Shown here: positions 17,490-27,213 of the stretch, piece by piece
Position numbering within the stretch: the stretch's first letter is position 1
Layout: every line of letters starts with the position of its first letter
Source: Acutalibacteraceae bacterium
GTDB lineage: Bacteria > Bacillota > Clostridia > Oscillospirales > Acutalibacteraceae
Assembly: GCA_045656125.1 (NCBI GenBank)
Contig: JAZOQN010000091.1
Span: forward strand, 1 to 54,823
Direction of reading: 5' to 3'
DNA length: 54,823 nucleotides
The notes under the pieces: model-generated
Told to the model about the DNA's origin: nothing
Seen by the model: only the letters and a program-made list of their open reading frames with translations
Databases searched by the model: none
Translations under genes and position numbers: made by a program

Positions 17490-18647
17490 TTATTCTTTCG
17501 GACAACGCCAATCAAACATTAATTCGGGAGTTTTAAACGGTGTTTTGTAGAAGTTCTCATCAAGTTCGGCTTCACCGGGAATATATTTTATAACATTAAC
17601 GAGTTTCTTTACATCGTAATGATGGTGCATATGGTAACCTCTACGCCAGTACCAAAGCAAGTTTTCGGGCTTATTGTACAACTTATATACTTCGGTTGCT
17701 GCCATACTTGTTTGCCAAGTGCCGATAGGGTTGGTCCAAGTATCGCTTGCGGCGTCGCCAATCAACAAAACTCGGGGTGCTACCATTGCTTTTAAGTAAT
17801 GGCTGTCAAACGGCAAATCCTGCTCGCGGTCAACATATTCAGCGAGTTTCGGCCCCATCCAAAAACCGAAGTTTTTGATAAGGTCACTCAAACGCTCGCT
17901 GCGAAACTCTTTTCCGTTTTCCATAATAGCCTTGCAGTGACATCTATAACAAGAAAATGCGCCTTGGTTGGTTTCGTTAGGGTTAACGATAACTGCACGT
18001 TGGTCAAGAACACCGGCTAAAGCTGCGGTTTTACCGCCTCTTGAGTGACCGGTGAAAGCGATGCAGGACATATCGATAAAATCAAGAGTTTCAAGCGCAT
18101 CAACACATCTTGAAAAACCCCATGCCCATGCGGAAATAGCACCAAAATCAAGGTCGGGATATACTTTGTACAACTGACCTTTACCGCGACCTTCACCACG
18201 AATGTCGTGAGCGAGTTCGGTTCGGTTAAATGTTACGAAAACGACGTTATTATCGCTAAATTCGGCAAGGTATTCCTTGTCAAAAGCATATCTCCAACAA
18301 AGGTCACCACAAACAACGGCAGGAAGTTTTCCCTCGGCTTTTGGACGTATAACCGTCATAGTAAAGGTTGCTTGTTTTTCTTTTGTGCCTGCTGTTATAC
18401 GGTAACCGCAGTGGTCTCCTGGATTACATTCTTTAAGCGGCTCAACCTCGAAAACCTCGGGTTTGGGTGGTTGTTCGCCGTACTGTAAGGTTACGGCGGT
18501 GTCGTAAATTTCTTTTCTGCGTTTTTCCCAATCCGCAACGTTTTTGACGCGGGTTCCATCATTAAATATAAAAGGGTCGGGAAGCTTGTCAACAACCGTA
18601 TATTCAGTTATTTTTATGAGGTTTTCGTCAAATTTATCAATGCACAT
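17490..18647 (-). CDS. Alpha/beta-hydrolase, CE15 glucuronoyl-esterase-like
   Basis: GHSRGGKTAALAG resembles the CE15 nucleophile motif GCSRxGKGA. Start set at the ATG at 18647 (MCIDKF...), because the GTG at 18656 used by the track lies inside the SD AAGGTGA. Confidence 0.55.
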   Translation of the reverse strand: MCIDKFDENLIKITEYTVVDKLPDPFIFNDGTRVKNVADWEKRRKEIYDTAVTLQYGEQPPKPEVFEVEPLKECNPGDHCGYRITAGTKEKQATFTMTVIRPKAEGKLPAVVCGDLCWRYAFDKEYLAEFSDNNVVFVTFNRTELAHDIRGEGRGKGQLYKVYPDLDFGAISAWAWGFSRCVDALETLDFIDMSCIAFTGHSRGGKTAALAGVLDQRAVIVNPNETNQGAFSCYRCHCKAIMENGKEFRSERLSDLIKNFGFWMGPKLAEYVDREQDLPFDSHYLKAMVAPRVLLIGDAASDTWTNPIGTWQTSMAATEVYKLYNKPENLLWYWRRGYHMHHHYDVKKLVNVIKYIPGEAELDENFYKTPFKTPELMFDWRCPKE

Positions 18648-18716
18648 AATTATCACCTTTTAGAAATCACCACAATATTATATTAAATACTGTGGTGATT
18701 TTTTTAAAAATAGTAA

Positions 18717-21077
18717 TTATCTTATTAAATCATTGGGTTGAGTAACATTGATTTCAAGTCTTGCAGGTTTTAATCCATCGGCGTGAGCATAGACCTTTAA
18801 AATGCCCTCTTTTTCCGTTGACTGTACCAAGGCAGCGATAACACCTGCTCGCATTTTGCGGGTGGTTTCTGAAACGGGGGTATGGTCGCAGTAATCAGAA
18901 CCGGTTGCTAAAACAACGCCGGCTTCTGAACAGTTGAAGCTTACGGTAACGTCGGCATCAGGAACACGGTTGCCGTCAGCGTCAACACAGTAGCAGTTGA
19001 TGAGAGCGGCGTCATACTTGCTTGCGAATAAGGCTTCAGTTTGCATTTCGAGTTCCAATGCCACGGGCTTGCCGGTGGTTGCAACGCGGTCAGAAGCCAC
19101 CTCTTTACCGCCGATATAACCCTTTACAACAACTTCGCCCGGATTGTAAACAAGTGTCCACTCACCGTGACCGTATTTTTCAATATCCTTAATACCAAGG
19201 CTTTCGCCGTTGTAAATAAGTTCAAGCTGTTCGCAGTTGGTATAAGCCCAAACGGCAATTTCTTCACCCTCGCGACCGGCTAAATTCCAGTGCGGCAGGA
19301 TATGGACCATCGGTTTGTCACTCCAAAGCGACTGGTTGTGGTAGAAAGCGTCTTTTCTTTGCAGGAATAAGTCGATAGCACCTGAAATTGAGCAAAGTCT
19401 TGGCCATACACATTCTCCGCGATGCTCAATTGCGGCCCACTGGTATCCGCCCGCAACCCATTCGCGTGACATCAAGGTTTTCCAAGTGTTCATACGTCCG
19501 CCGAAATAATTGTTCGGTGCACTGTCATAAGCTTTAAAGTACTGCAACTTGGTGTTGGTATCGTAGTACCAGCCTCTTGTGCTTCCGGTAGCACAGTTTT
19601 CAGAAGAGAAAATCATCTTGTCGGGGAATTTCTCATGTAAAGCATCATAACCCTGGAGGTTATAGTTGATACCGATAATATCCTGTGAATCAAAGCATCT
19701 TACAGTGTCCGGTTTGGCATCGCTTGCACTGGTGACGGGACGGGTCGGGTCAAGTCGGCGAACGATTGCAGAATTACGCTCAACAAATCGGGCACCTCTT
19801 TCGGTTGTGCAAAGATCTTCTTCGTTAAAGAGTGACCACATAATGACAGACGGGCGGTTTCTGTCCTTTTTAACTAACGTTACAAGCTGGTCGATATACT
19901 CGTCAGAAGTTCCGAACCAACGGGTCTCGTCCATTACAAGGAAGCCCTGACGGTCGAGTTCGTCCATAGTCTGGTCGCTTTGCGAATAGTGGGAGGTGCG
20001 ATAGCCGTTTGCACCCATTTCTTTGAACATTTTTACGCGGTAACGCTTAATTCTGTCGAACACAGCCTTGCCCTGTAAGCCGAAATCTTCGTGACAGCAA
20101 AGGCCCTTAATGATAACGTGCTTATCGTTAAGGAAGAAGCCGTGGTTGGGGTCAAAACGTATAGTTCTAAAACCGAAGTGATTGGTAACCTCGTCGGTCA
20201 CAGTCTTACCGCGGATAATTGAAGTTTTGCAATAATAAAGGTTGGGGTTTTCGCAATCCCAGAGTTTCGGATTGTTAACCGTAATCTTTTGGTTAAGTAC
20301 CTTTTTATCTTTTAAGGCAACATTAAGGTTGGAAGAAACTTCTGCAACAACATTGCCGTCAGCGTCCAAAATTTCGTTTTTAACAATAACACGGTGGTTT
20401 TTGTTGTCATCATTACGAACTGTTGTTTCAATGGGAACTTCCCATTCGGTGTCGGAAATTTTTTTCGGTGCAACATAAACGCCGTATGTGTCAACCGATA
20501 CCAAATCGGATTTTATCATCCAAACGTTACGGTAGATACCGCCACCGTCGTACCACCAGCCTTCGTGCACAGAGGCGTCAATATAAATGGCGATTACGTT
20601 GGGCTCCTGGTCGCCGAAAATAGCATAGTCGGTAATATCCACTTCAAACGGAACATAACCGCAGAAATTGCGTTTTACAAGACAACTGTTAACCCAAACT
20701 GTGCAACAGTTGGTAATGCCTTCAAAGTAAAGGGTAATACGTTTTCCTTTGTCTTCTTCGGGAAGTTTAAAGGTTTTTCTGTACCAAGAATTTTTGGTAA
20801 CCATATAACCTAAACCTTCGTTGCCGTCAGGAGTGGGAACCTGATTTACAACATAGTCGTGCGGCAAATTGACGGTTTTCCATTGTTCGGTACAAATAAC
20901 GGTACCGCGAGGATTCCAAGTGTTAGTATCATAATAATATTTGTTGGCAGGACCCCATTGAGCAATCTCGGCTTTTGCACGGCGGTACTGAGGGCCTTTT
21001 GGAGTTGGCAGCTCGCCGATTTCGATTTCGCCTTCGTGGAAACGCCAACCAAAGTTAAACAGATCTTTTGTACGCAT
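18717..21077 (-). CDS. Glycoside hydrolase family 2 (beta-galactosidase/beta-glucuronidase type)
   Basis: About 786 aa. N-terminus FNFGWRFHEG...WKTVNLPHDYV, sugar-binding domain WYRKTFKLP...LYFEGI, TIM-barrel acid/base region IMWSLFNEE. Start at the ATG at 21077, after AGAGGTG. Confidence 0.85.
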   Translation of the reverse strand: MRTKDLFNFGWRFHEGEIEIGELPTPKGPQYRRAKAEIAQWGPANKYYYDTNTWNPRGTVICTEQWKTVNLPHDYVVNQVPTPDGNEGLGYMVTKNSWYRKTFKLPEEDKGKRITLYFEGITNCCTVWVNSCLVKRNFCGYVPFEVDITDYAIFGDQEPNVIAIYIDASVHEGWWYDGGGIYRNVWMIKSDLVSVDTYGVYVAPKKISDTEWEVPIETTVRNDDNKNHRVIVKNEILDADGNVVAEVSSNLNVALKDKKVLNQKITVNNPKLWDCENPNLYYCKTSIIRGKTVTDEVTNHFGFRTIRFDPNHGFFLNDKHVIIKGLCCHEDFGLQGKAVFDRIKRYRVKMFKEMGANGYRTSHYSQSDQTMDELDRQGFLVMDETRWFGTSDEYIDQLVTLVKKDRNRPSVIMWSLFNEEDLCTTERGARFVERNSAIVRRLDPTRPVTSASDAKPDTVRCFDSQDIIGINYNLQGYDALHEKFPDKMIFSSENCATGSTRGWYYDTNTKLQYFKAYDSAPNNYFGGRMNTWKTLMSREWVAGGYQWAAIEHRGECVWPRLCSISGAIDLFLQRKDAFYHNQSLWSDKPMVHILPHWNLAGREGEEIAVWAYTNCEQLELIYNGESLGIKDIEKYGHGEWTLVYNPGEVVVKGYIGGKEVASDRVATTGKPVALELEMQTEALFASKYDAALINCYCVDADGNRVPDADVTVSFNCSEAGVVLATGSDYCDHTPVSETTRKMRAGVIAALVQSTEKEGILKVYAHADGLKPARLEINVTQPNDLIR

Positions 21078-21231
21078 AATTAACACCTCTTGTAAAAGTA
21101 TTGTATTTTCATCACCTAAAGGTCTAAATCAAGGCAATATATCTTATACAATATACTTATATCATTTAAAGTACTGTTTTTCAAGTGATTTTTAGGTTAA
21201 ATATAACAAATTTACCATAATCTAAATTTGT

Positions 21232-21260
21232 TTGACATATTTGCTTTAATGTGATATATT
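21232..21260 (+). promoter_or_regulatory. Sigma-A type promoter for the Ser/Thr-rich lipoprotein gene
   Basis: TTGACA (21232-21237), 17 nt, TATATT (21255-21260) with TGa as extended -10. The -35 overlaps the right arm of a perfect 10-bp inverted repeat (21205-21214 / 21223-21232). Confidence 0.6.
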
Positions 21261-21341
21261 AAGAATGTATATTGGTTATAGTTTGTTGAAGTAAATATAG
21301 TTCAACTAACTGTAACATTATAAAGTTGAGAGGGAATAATA

Positions 21342-21806
21342 ATGAAAAGAATATTAGCAGTTCTTGTTATTTTAATGCTTATACTTACAGTTTTTGCAGC
21401 ATGTGGCAGAAGACAGGGGAATATGGTTGGTACTGACAGTTTTCCGAATTTACCTAATGCAAGCAGTAAGGTGAACGGTACTGGTTCAGGCACTTCGTCG
21501 ATAACATCATCTGATATAGAAAATATGTGGGGTGACACCAGTATTGACATGGGCGGTGGTACGACTTCAACAGGCTCAACCGCTTCCGGCACTTCGTCAA
21601 TAGGCTCTGCTTCTTCCGGAACCTCGTCTAACACATCTTCAAGTGCAACAAGTTCAAGCGGCAACTCAGGCGGCACAAGCTCGGGTAGTAACTCAGGTAG
21701 CACAAGTTCAAGCAGTAAACCCGGAACTACTTCAAGTGCAACATCATCTTATGACCGTTATAATAGCAGTAACCAAGGTTTTGAACCGTACTATCCGTTA
21801 AAATAA
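21342..21806 (+). CDS. Lipoprotein with a long Ser/Thr/Gly-rich low-complexity region
   Basis: 154 aa with signal peptide and lipobox (LTVFAACG). About 100 aa are made of S/T/G repeats (GTSSIGSASSGTSSNTSSSATSSSGNSGGTSSGSNSGSTSSSSKPGTTSS). AGAGGGA SD upstream. Confidence 0.7.
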   Translation: MKRILAVLVILMLILTVFAACGRRQGNMVGTDSFPNLPNASSKVNGTGSGTSSITSSDIENMWGDTSIDMGGGTTSTGSTASGTSSIGSASSGTSSNTSSSATSSSGNSGGTSSGSNSGSTSSSSKPGTTSSATSSYDRYNSSNQGFEPYYPLK

Positions 21807-21816
21807 TTTGATAATA

Positions 21817-21857
21817 ATAAAACCCGCGTAGGAATTTTTCTACGCGGGTTTATTTTT
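21817..21857. terminator. Bidirectional terminator (lipoprotein gene / trkH convergent)
   Basis: aaaacccgcgtag-gaattttt-ctacgcgggttt, with an A-run and a T-run flanking. Confidence 0.8.
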
Positions 21858-21868
21858 ATTTCTTTTGC

Positions 21869-23311
21869 TTATTTTTTTCTCCAAGTTGATGGTGCGAATG
21901 CGAGTAAAATTGGGAAAATTTCAAGTCTGCCTAAAAGCATTGTGAACGATAAAACAAATTGGTGGAAATATGAATAACCGCTAAAATTCGACGCGGGTCC
22001 AACCGCACCGAATCCCGGTCCCACGTTGTTAATACAAGTTACAGTTGCGGTAAAATTGGTCAGTAAATCATAGTGACTAAAGGACAAAAGCAGAAGCACC
22101 GCAAAGAAGATAATCATATATATAATGATGTATCCGCCAACGCTTGAAATAGTGTCGTTGTTGACTGATTTTCCCTCAAGTCTTACAGTGTTGACCGAGC
22201 GTGGATGGACAAGTCTGCGTAAGTCACGTTTGACGGTTTTAAACATTAGCATAATGCGGGAAACCTTTAATCCGCCGGCGGTAGAGCCTGCGCAGCCACC
22301 CACAAACATCAATACAAGCATTACCGTTTTGGAGAATTCAGGCCATTGGTTAAAATCGGCAGTAGAGAATCCGGTAGTGGAAATGATTGCCGCAACCTGA
22401 AAAGAAGAGTGTCTTATCGTATCGGCAAGGTTGCCGTAAATCGAAAAAATATTTACTGCAATGGCAACAACACTGATTGCAACAATAAATACATAGCACC
22501 ACAGTTCTGTTGATTTAAATGCCGATTTTGCTCTTCCTATTAAAATAAGGTAGAAGAGATTGAAATTAATGCCGAAAACAAGCATAAATGCAGTGATAAC
22601 CCACTGACAGTAGGAGTTGTATGACGCTACCGAGTCGGGTTTTATACCGAAACCGCCGGTGCCTGCTGTACCGAACGAATGAACTAATGCCTCAAAAACA
22701 TTCATTTCTCCGCAGAGCAACAATACAAACTCTAAAATTGTTAAACCAAGATAAATCAAATATAAAGTTTTAGCAGTATTACGAAGTCTTGGCATTAGTT
22801 TGCCCGAAATCGGACCGGGGACTTCGGCGTTCATAATATGGACATCGCGTCCAGATTCAGAGGGGAAAACTGCCATAATAAATACAAGTATTCCCATACC
22901 GCCAACCCAGTGGGTAAAACTACGCCAAAATAAGTTGCCGTGGCTTAAAGCGGTAACGTCAGGTATGATTGAGGCACCGGTTGTGGTAAAACCGCTGACA
23001 GTTTCAAAAAATGCCGAAATGTAATTAGGAATTTCTCTGCTTAAAAAGAATGGTAAAGCGCCGATTGCCGACATAAAAATCCAAGAAAGAGCAACAATGG
23101 CAAAGCCTTCTCTGGCAAAAACGGCGTGGTCACATTTTTTGAAAGATACACGTGCTACAGTACCTAGTACGAACGCAAAAACGGCGGCTAAAAATAGCCA
23201 AATCCAACCGTTTTCGCGGTATATTAAACTAACAACTGTCGGTAAAAGCATTAAAATGCCTTCGCTTTGCAATATTCGACCGACCGAATAAAAAACAATT
23301 CTTTTATTCAT
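21869..23311 (-). CDS. trkH: Potassium uptake protein TrkH
   Basis: About 480 aa, polytopic, with repeated selectivity-filter-like segments (TTTGASI, GTAGTGGFG, STTGFS, NNVGPGFG). Start set at the ATG at 23311, because the GTG at 23320 lies inside the SD AAGGTGA that also contains the trkA stop. Confidence 0.88.
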   Translation of the reverse strand: MNKRIVFYSVGRILQSEGILMLLPTVVSLIYRENGWIWLFLAAVFAFVLGTVARVSFKKCDHAVFAREGFAIVALSWIFMSAIGALPFFLSREIPNYISAFFETVSGFTTTGASIIPDVTALSHGNLFWRSFTHWVGGMGILVFIMAVFPSESGRDVHIMNAEVPGPISGKLMPRLRNTAKTLYLIYLGLTILEFVLLLCGEMNVFEALVHSFGTAGTGGFGIKPDSVASYNSYCQWVITAFMLVFGINFNLFYLILIGRAKSAFKSTELWCYVFIVAISVVAIAVNIFSIYGNLADTIRHSSFQVAAIISTTGFSTADFNQWPEFSKTVMLVLMFVGGCAGSTAGGLKVSRIMLMFKTVKRDLRRLVHPRSVNTVRLEGKSVNNDTISSVGGYIIIYMIIFFAVLLLLSFSHYDLLTNFTATVTCINNVGPGFGAVGPASNFSGYSYFHQFVLSFTMLLGRLEIFPILLAFAPSTWRKK

Positions 23312-23316
23312 CCCAA

Positions 23317-24675
23317 TCACCTTAAAATATCGTCAAGGTCTTCAAGACGTTGTTCGGCAGCGATGATAACTACGTTGTCGCCTGCCACAATCATATCATT
23401 ACCGGCAGGAATGACCGTTTTGTGACCGCGAATAATACCTGCAATCAAAATACCTTTTTTGGTCTGTAAATCTTTTAAAGGGATGTTTATCACTTTCGAG
23501 TCGGGTTTTACGTTAAACTCAACCGCTTCCGCTTTGCCGTCTGCTAACTGATAGAGGGTTTCAATGTTACTGCCTAAAGAGTTCTGTAACGCTCTGGCGT
23601 AACTTACCGCAACATCAGCAATCAATCTGTTGGGTGAAATCAAGCAGTCCAACCCTAAATTTTCAGCTAACGGCATAAGCTCGTCGCGGTTGACCTTGGA
23701 AATAACGTTGGGAACGTTTTTAGACGATGCAAAAATGGAAATAAGGATATTTTCCTCGTCGATTCCCGTTAACGAAACGAATGCGTCAAGCGATTTAACG
23801 CCTTCTTCAAGCAAAAGTTCCTGCTCGGTGCCGTCGCCGTTGATAATTACGGCTTTGGGCAAGGCTTCGCTCAACTGTTCGCAAACTTCCGTGTTCTTTT
23901 CGATTATTTTAACCGAACTGCCGATTTCGGTAAGCATTTCCGCAAGGTACAAAGCAGTACGGCTGCCACCCATAATCATAACGTTTTTAGCGCTCTTTTT
24001 AAAAGAACCTAAACTGCGGAAAAGGTTTTCAAGTTCGTTCGGAGAGGCGGTAATACCGATTTTATCACCGCTTTTCAAGGCAAAATTACCGTCAGGAATG
24101 AAGATGTTGTCTTCTCGCTGAACGTAGCACACAAGCACTTTTGCTTTGTGTTTTTCGCGAAGCTGCATTAAGGTCATTCCGTCCAAAACAGAATCAGGTT
24201 TTAAGCGGAATTCAATCATTTCAAGCTTGCCTCGGGAGAACGTGTCAATTTTAACTGCAGAGGGGAATTTTAAAATGTTAAAAAGTTCTTTTGCGGCTAA
24301 CAGTTCAGGGTTTATTGACATTGAAAGTTCAAGGTTTTGTTTTAAAAAAGCCAGACTTTTGTCGTTATACTCGTGGTTTCTTATTCGGGCAACGGTGTTT
24401 TTTGCACCGAGTTTTCTTGCAAAGAAACAACTCAACATATTAAGCTCGTCAGAACCGGTTACGGCAACGAATAGCTCGGCGTTTTGGGCACCAGCCTCCA
24501 GTAAAGTGTCGCTGTCGGCACCGTTTCCGCAAAGCCCCATTACATCATAAATATTGGTTATGCTGTTTACGTTATTCGGGTCAGAGTCAATAGCGACGAT
24601 ATCGTGACCCTCGTTAACCAAACTTGCTACAATGGTAGAACCGATTTTTCCGCATCCTACAATAACAATTTTCAT
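23317..24675 (-). CDS. trkA: Potassium uptake regulatory protein TrkA (two RCK/NAD-binding repeats)
   Basis: 452 aa with two Rossmann GxGxxG repeats (IVGCGKIGS and IMGGSRTA), each followed by a TrkA-C-type domain. Confidence 0.9.
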   Translation of the reverse strand: MKIVIVGCGKIGSTIVASLVNEGHDIVAIDSDPNNVNSITNIYDVMGLCGNGADSDTLLEAGAQNAELFVAVTGSDELNMLSCFFARKLGAKNTVARIRNHEYNDKSLAFLKQNLELSMSINPELLAAKELFNILKFPSAVKIDTFSRGKLEMIEFRLKPDSVLDGMTLMQLREKHKAKVLVCYVQREDNIFIPDGNFALKSGDKIGITASPNELENLFRSLGSFKKSAKNVMIMGGSRTALYLAEMLTEIGSSVKIIEKNTEVCEQLSEALPKAVIINGDGTEQELLLEEGVKSLDAFVSLTGIDEENILISIFASSKNVPNVISKVNRDELMPLAENLGLDCLISPNRLIADVAVSYARALQNSLGSNIETLYQLADGKAEAVEFNVKPDSKVINIPLKDLQTKKGILIAGIIRGHKTVIPAGNDMIVAGDNVVIIAAEQRLEDLDDILR

Positions 24676-24718
24676 AAAAATCCCTCTTTTTAAACATTGG
24701 TTATGTGTGTATTAATGT

Positions 24719-26080
24719 TTATCTTTCTTTTAAAGAAGTATATTCAGCCGACGGCTTTACATTGATGTAAGCAGGACGGATGATTTTACCTGCATTTTGT
24801 ATTTCTTCAATACGGTGAGCACTCCAGCCGGCAATTCTCGACACTGCAAAAATCGGTGTAAACAGTTCGGGTGGTAAGTCTAACATACGGTAGATTAATC
24901 CTGAATAAAAGTCAACATTAGGACTTACGCCTTTATACATTTTTCTTCGGTCTGCAATGATTTCGGGTGCTAAAGAAGCAACGGTTTCGTAAAGATGGAA
25001 TTCTTCTTCCTGCCCTTTTTCTATCGCAAGACTTTCGGCACATTCTTTTAAAATGTCGGCTCTCGGGTCGGAGAGCGAGTAAATCGCGTGTCCCATACCG
25101 TAGATAAGGCCGGCATTGTCAAAAGCCTTTTTATCGAGCAGGCGTGCAAGGTAATCTTTAATTTCATTTTGGTCGTTAGTGTTAATATTTGCCCTCATAT
25201 CGTCAAACATTCTGACAACTTTTACGTTTGCACCGCCGTGTCGCGGTCCTTTAAGCGAGCCTAAAGCCGCCGCAATTGCCGAATATGTATCGGTGCCCGA
25301 CGAGGTAACAACGTGGGTTGTAAAGGTCGAGTTGTTACCGCCGCCATGCTCGGCGTGAAGTATCATTGCAAGGTCAAGTATTTTTGCTTCAAGGTCGGTA
25401 AATTGACCGTCCTCGCGAAGCAGACTCAAAAGATTTTCAGCCGTTGAATGTTTAGGGTTGGGCTGGTGTATAAAAAGACTCTGATTTTGGTGATAATGCA
25501 AGTATGACTGATAACTGTAAACCGATAGCATCGGGAAAACGGCAATCAACTGCATACACTGACGCAAGACGTTAGCAACCGAAATGTCGTCTGGGTTTTC
25601 GTCATAAGAGTATAAAGCCAACACACAACGGGAAAGAATGTTCATCATATCCTTGCCGGGTGCTTTTAAAATCATATCTCTGACAAAAGAGGGTGGCAAC
25701 GTACGGTAACTTGAAAGTTGTGCCGAAAACTCTAACAGTTCTTTTTCGTTGGGCAGTCTTCCAAATAGTAATAAATATATAGCCTCCTCAAAGCCGAAAC
25801 GATTGTCGTGCTTTAATCCTTTGATAATGTCACGTACATTGATTCCGCGATAACGCAGTTCGCCGTGGCAGGGAATAGAGTTTCCGTTTTCGTCCTTTTT
25901 CTTTGCTATAACGCTTGAAATTTCGGTCAATCCCGTAACAACGCCGTTACCGTTAAGGTCTCTAAGACCGCGGAAAACGTGATGCTCGGTATACATTTCG
26001 GGTTTAATACCGTTGTTTTCACACGATATTTTTGCCAAATTTTCGATATAAGGGGTGATTTCAGAATAAGATTGTTTCAT
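24719..26080 (-). CDS. Citrate synthase
   Basis: 453 aa with catalytic-region motifs LHAEHGGGNNSTF, GPRHGGAN, GMGHAIY and NVDFYSG. Confidence 0.9.
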   Translation of the reverse strand: MKQSYSEITPYIENLAKISCENNGIKPEMYTEHHVFRGLRDLNGNGVVTGLTEISSVIAKKKDENGNSIPCHGELRYRGINVRDIIKGLKHDNRFGFEEAIYLLLFGRLPNEKELLEFSAQLSSYRTLPPSFVRDMILKAPGKDMMNILSRCVLALYSYDENPDDISVANVLRQCMQLIAVFPMLSVYSYQSYLHYHQNQSLFIHQPNPKHSTAENLLSLLREDGQFTDLEAKILDLAMILHAEHGGGNNSTFTTHVVTSSGTDTYSAIAAALGSLKGPRHGGANVKVVRMFDDMRANINTNDQNEIKDYLARLLDKKAFDNAGLIYGMGHAIYSLSDPRADILKECAESLAIEKGQEEEFHLYETVASLAPEIIADRRKMYKGVSPNVDFYSGLIYRMLDLPPELFTPIFAVSRIAGWSAHRIEEIQNAGKIIRPAYINVKPSAEYTSLKER

Positions 26081-26196
26081 TTTTGCCTCGCTTCTTTAAA
26101 AATAATTACGTCACAATACATATATACACAGTTATTTTAGCATATATTTATCCATAAATCAATAAAACAATTTATTGATACGTAAAGGAGTTTTAA

Positions 26197-26225
26197 TTGA
26201 CATAATTTTTAAGGTGTGGTAAAAT
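26197..26225 (+). promoter_or_regulatory. Sigma-A type promoter for the SPFH gene
   Basis: TTGACA (26197-26202), 17 nt, TAAAAT (26220-26225) with TGg as extended -10. Confidence 0.65.
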
Positions 26226-26269
26226 AATATTAAGGTGAAAGCCTAAATTTTTAAAAAGGATGATTTTTT

Positions 26270-27211
26270 ATGCCGGGTTTGATTTTTGCTGCCATATTGG
26301 GTTTAATTTTGCTTGGATGTTTGCGCGTTGTTCCGCAGGCTACCGAGTTTGTTATTGAGCGTTTGGGTAAATACCACGCTACTTGGGGTGCAGGATTGCA
26401 CATTCTTATCCCTGTTATCGACCGCGTTTCGAAACGTGTAACATTAAAAGAGCAGGTTTTGGATTCTCCTCCGCAGCCGGTTATCACCAAGGATAACGTA
26501 ACTATGCAGATTGATACCGTTGTGTATTTTAAGGTGTTTGATTCTAAACTGTTTACTTACGGTGCAGTTAATCCCATTAGTGCATTATCTAACCTTACTG
26601 CCACCACCTTGAGAAATATCGTCGGTGAGTTGGAGTTGGACGATACTTTGACTTCGCGTGATACAATCAACGGCAAAATGACCGAGATTTTGGATAGTGC
26701 CACCGACCAATGGGGTATTAAGGTTAACCGCGTTGAGTTAAAGAATATTATTCCGCCGTCTGAAATTCAGAACGCTATGGAAAAGCAGATGAAGGCAGAG
26801 CGTGACCGCCGTGAAACTTTATTGGAGGCAGAGGGTCACAAGGCTGCTGTTATTACCCGTGCAGAGGGTGACAAGCAGGCTATGATTCTTGCTGCAGAGG
26901 GTGAACGTGACGCTCGCATCGCCCGTGCCGAAGGTGAAGCAAAGGCAATTTTCCTTGCCAAAAAAGCAGAGGCTGACGGTCTTGCTGCTTTGAAGGATGC
27001 CGGTGTTGATGCGGCTGTTTTGGAACTTAAAAAGTATGAGGCATTGGTACAGATGTCAAACGGTAAGGCTTCTAAAATTATTGTTCCTACCGACGCCGTT
27101 GATATGACCAAGGCAAACGTAATGTTCTCTGAAACTTCAGGACTCGGTGACGTTACCGAGCCTGCAAAGGAAGTTCCCGCAAAAAAGAAAGCTGACCCCT
27201 GCTGTGATTAA
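26270..27211 (+). CDS. SPFH/Band-7 (stomatin/prohibitin-like) membrane protein
   Basis: 313 aa with an N-terminal TM, an SPFH core (VPQATEFVIERLGKYHATWGAGLHILIPVIDRV...) and an Ala/Glu-rich coiled-coil tail. Confidence 0.88.
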   Translation: MPGLIFAAILGLILLGCLRVVPQATEFVIERLGKYHATWGAGLHILIPVIDRVSKRVTLKEQVLDSPPQPVITKDNVTMQIDTVVYFKVFDSKLFTYGAVNPISALSNLTATTLRNIVGELELDDTLTSRDTINGKMTEILDSATDQWGIKVNRVELKNIIPPSEIQNAMEKQMKAERDRRETLLEAEGHKAAVITRAEGDKQAMILAAEGERDARIARAEGEAKAIFLAKKAEADGLAALKDAGVDAAVLELKKYEALVQMSNGKASKIIVPTDAVDMTKANVMFSETSGLGDVTEPAKEVPAKKKADPCCD

Positions 27212-27213
27212 TA

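Noticed and set aside
18654-18656. GTG starts used by the ORF track for the CE15-like gene (18656) and trkH (23320)
   Set aside because: In both cases the GTG is part of the Shine-Dalgarno AAGGTGA located 5-6 nt upstream of an in-frame ATG (18647 and 23311). The ATG is the more likely start.
21302-21703. 133-aa minus-strand ORF rich in Pro/Glu/Leu/Val (PELLPELVPPELPLELV...)
   Set aside because: It is the antisense reading of the repetitive Ser/Thr/Gly codons of the lipoprotein gene. It has no SD or promoter, and the plus-strand ORF has a proper lipobox, SD and promoter.
23630-24550. Plus-strand ORFs (163 and 134 aa) inside trkA. Similar antisense or alternative-frame ORFs occur inside dnaA, dnaN, the ABC gene, GH2, U32, htpG, the Ig-like gene and yfhO.
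   Set aside because: All lie fully within strongly supported genes on the other strand or in another frame and show low-complexity Ser/Leu/Pro-type antisense composition. I treat them as shadow ORFs.
26081-26269. Second or true replication origin at the strand-switch spacer
   Set aside because: Only one DnaA-box-like 9-mer (TTATCCATA, 26149-26157) is present, with no cluster and no trio-like run. The box clusters flank dnaA. This remains open until GC skew is computed.
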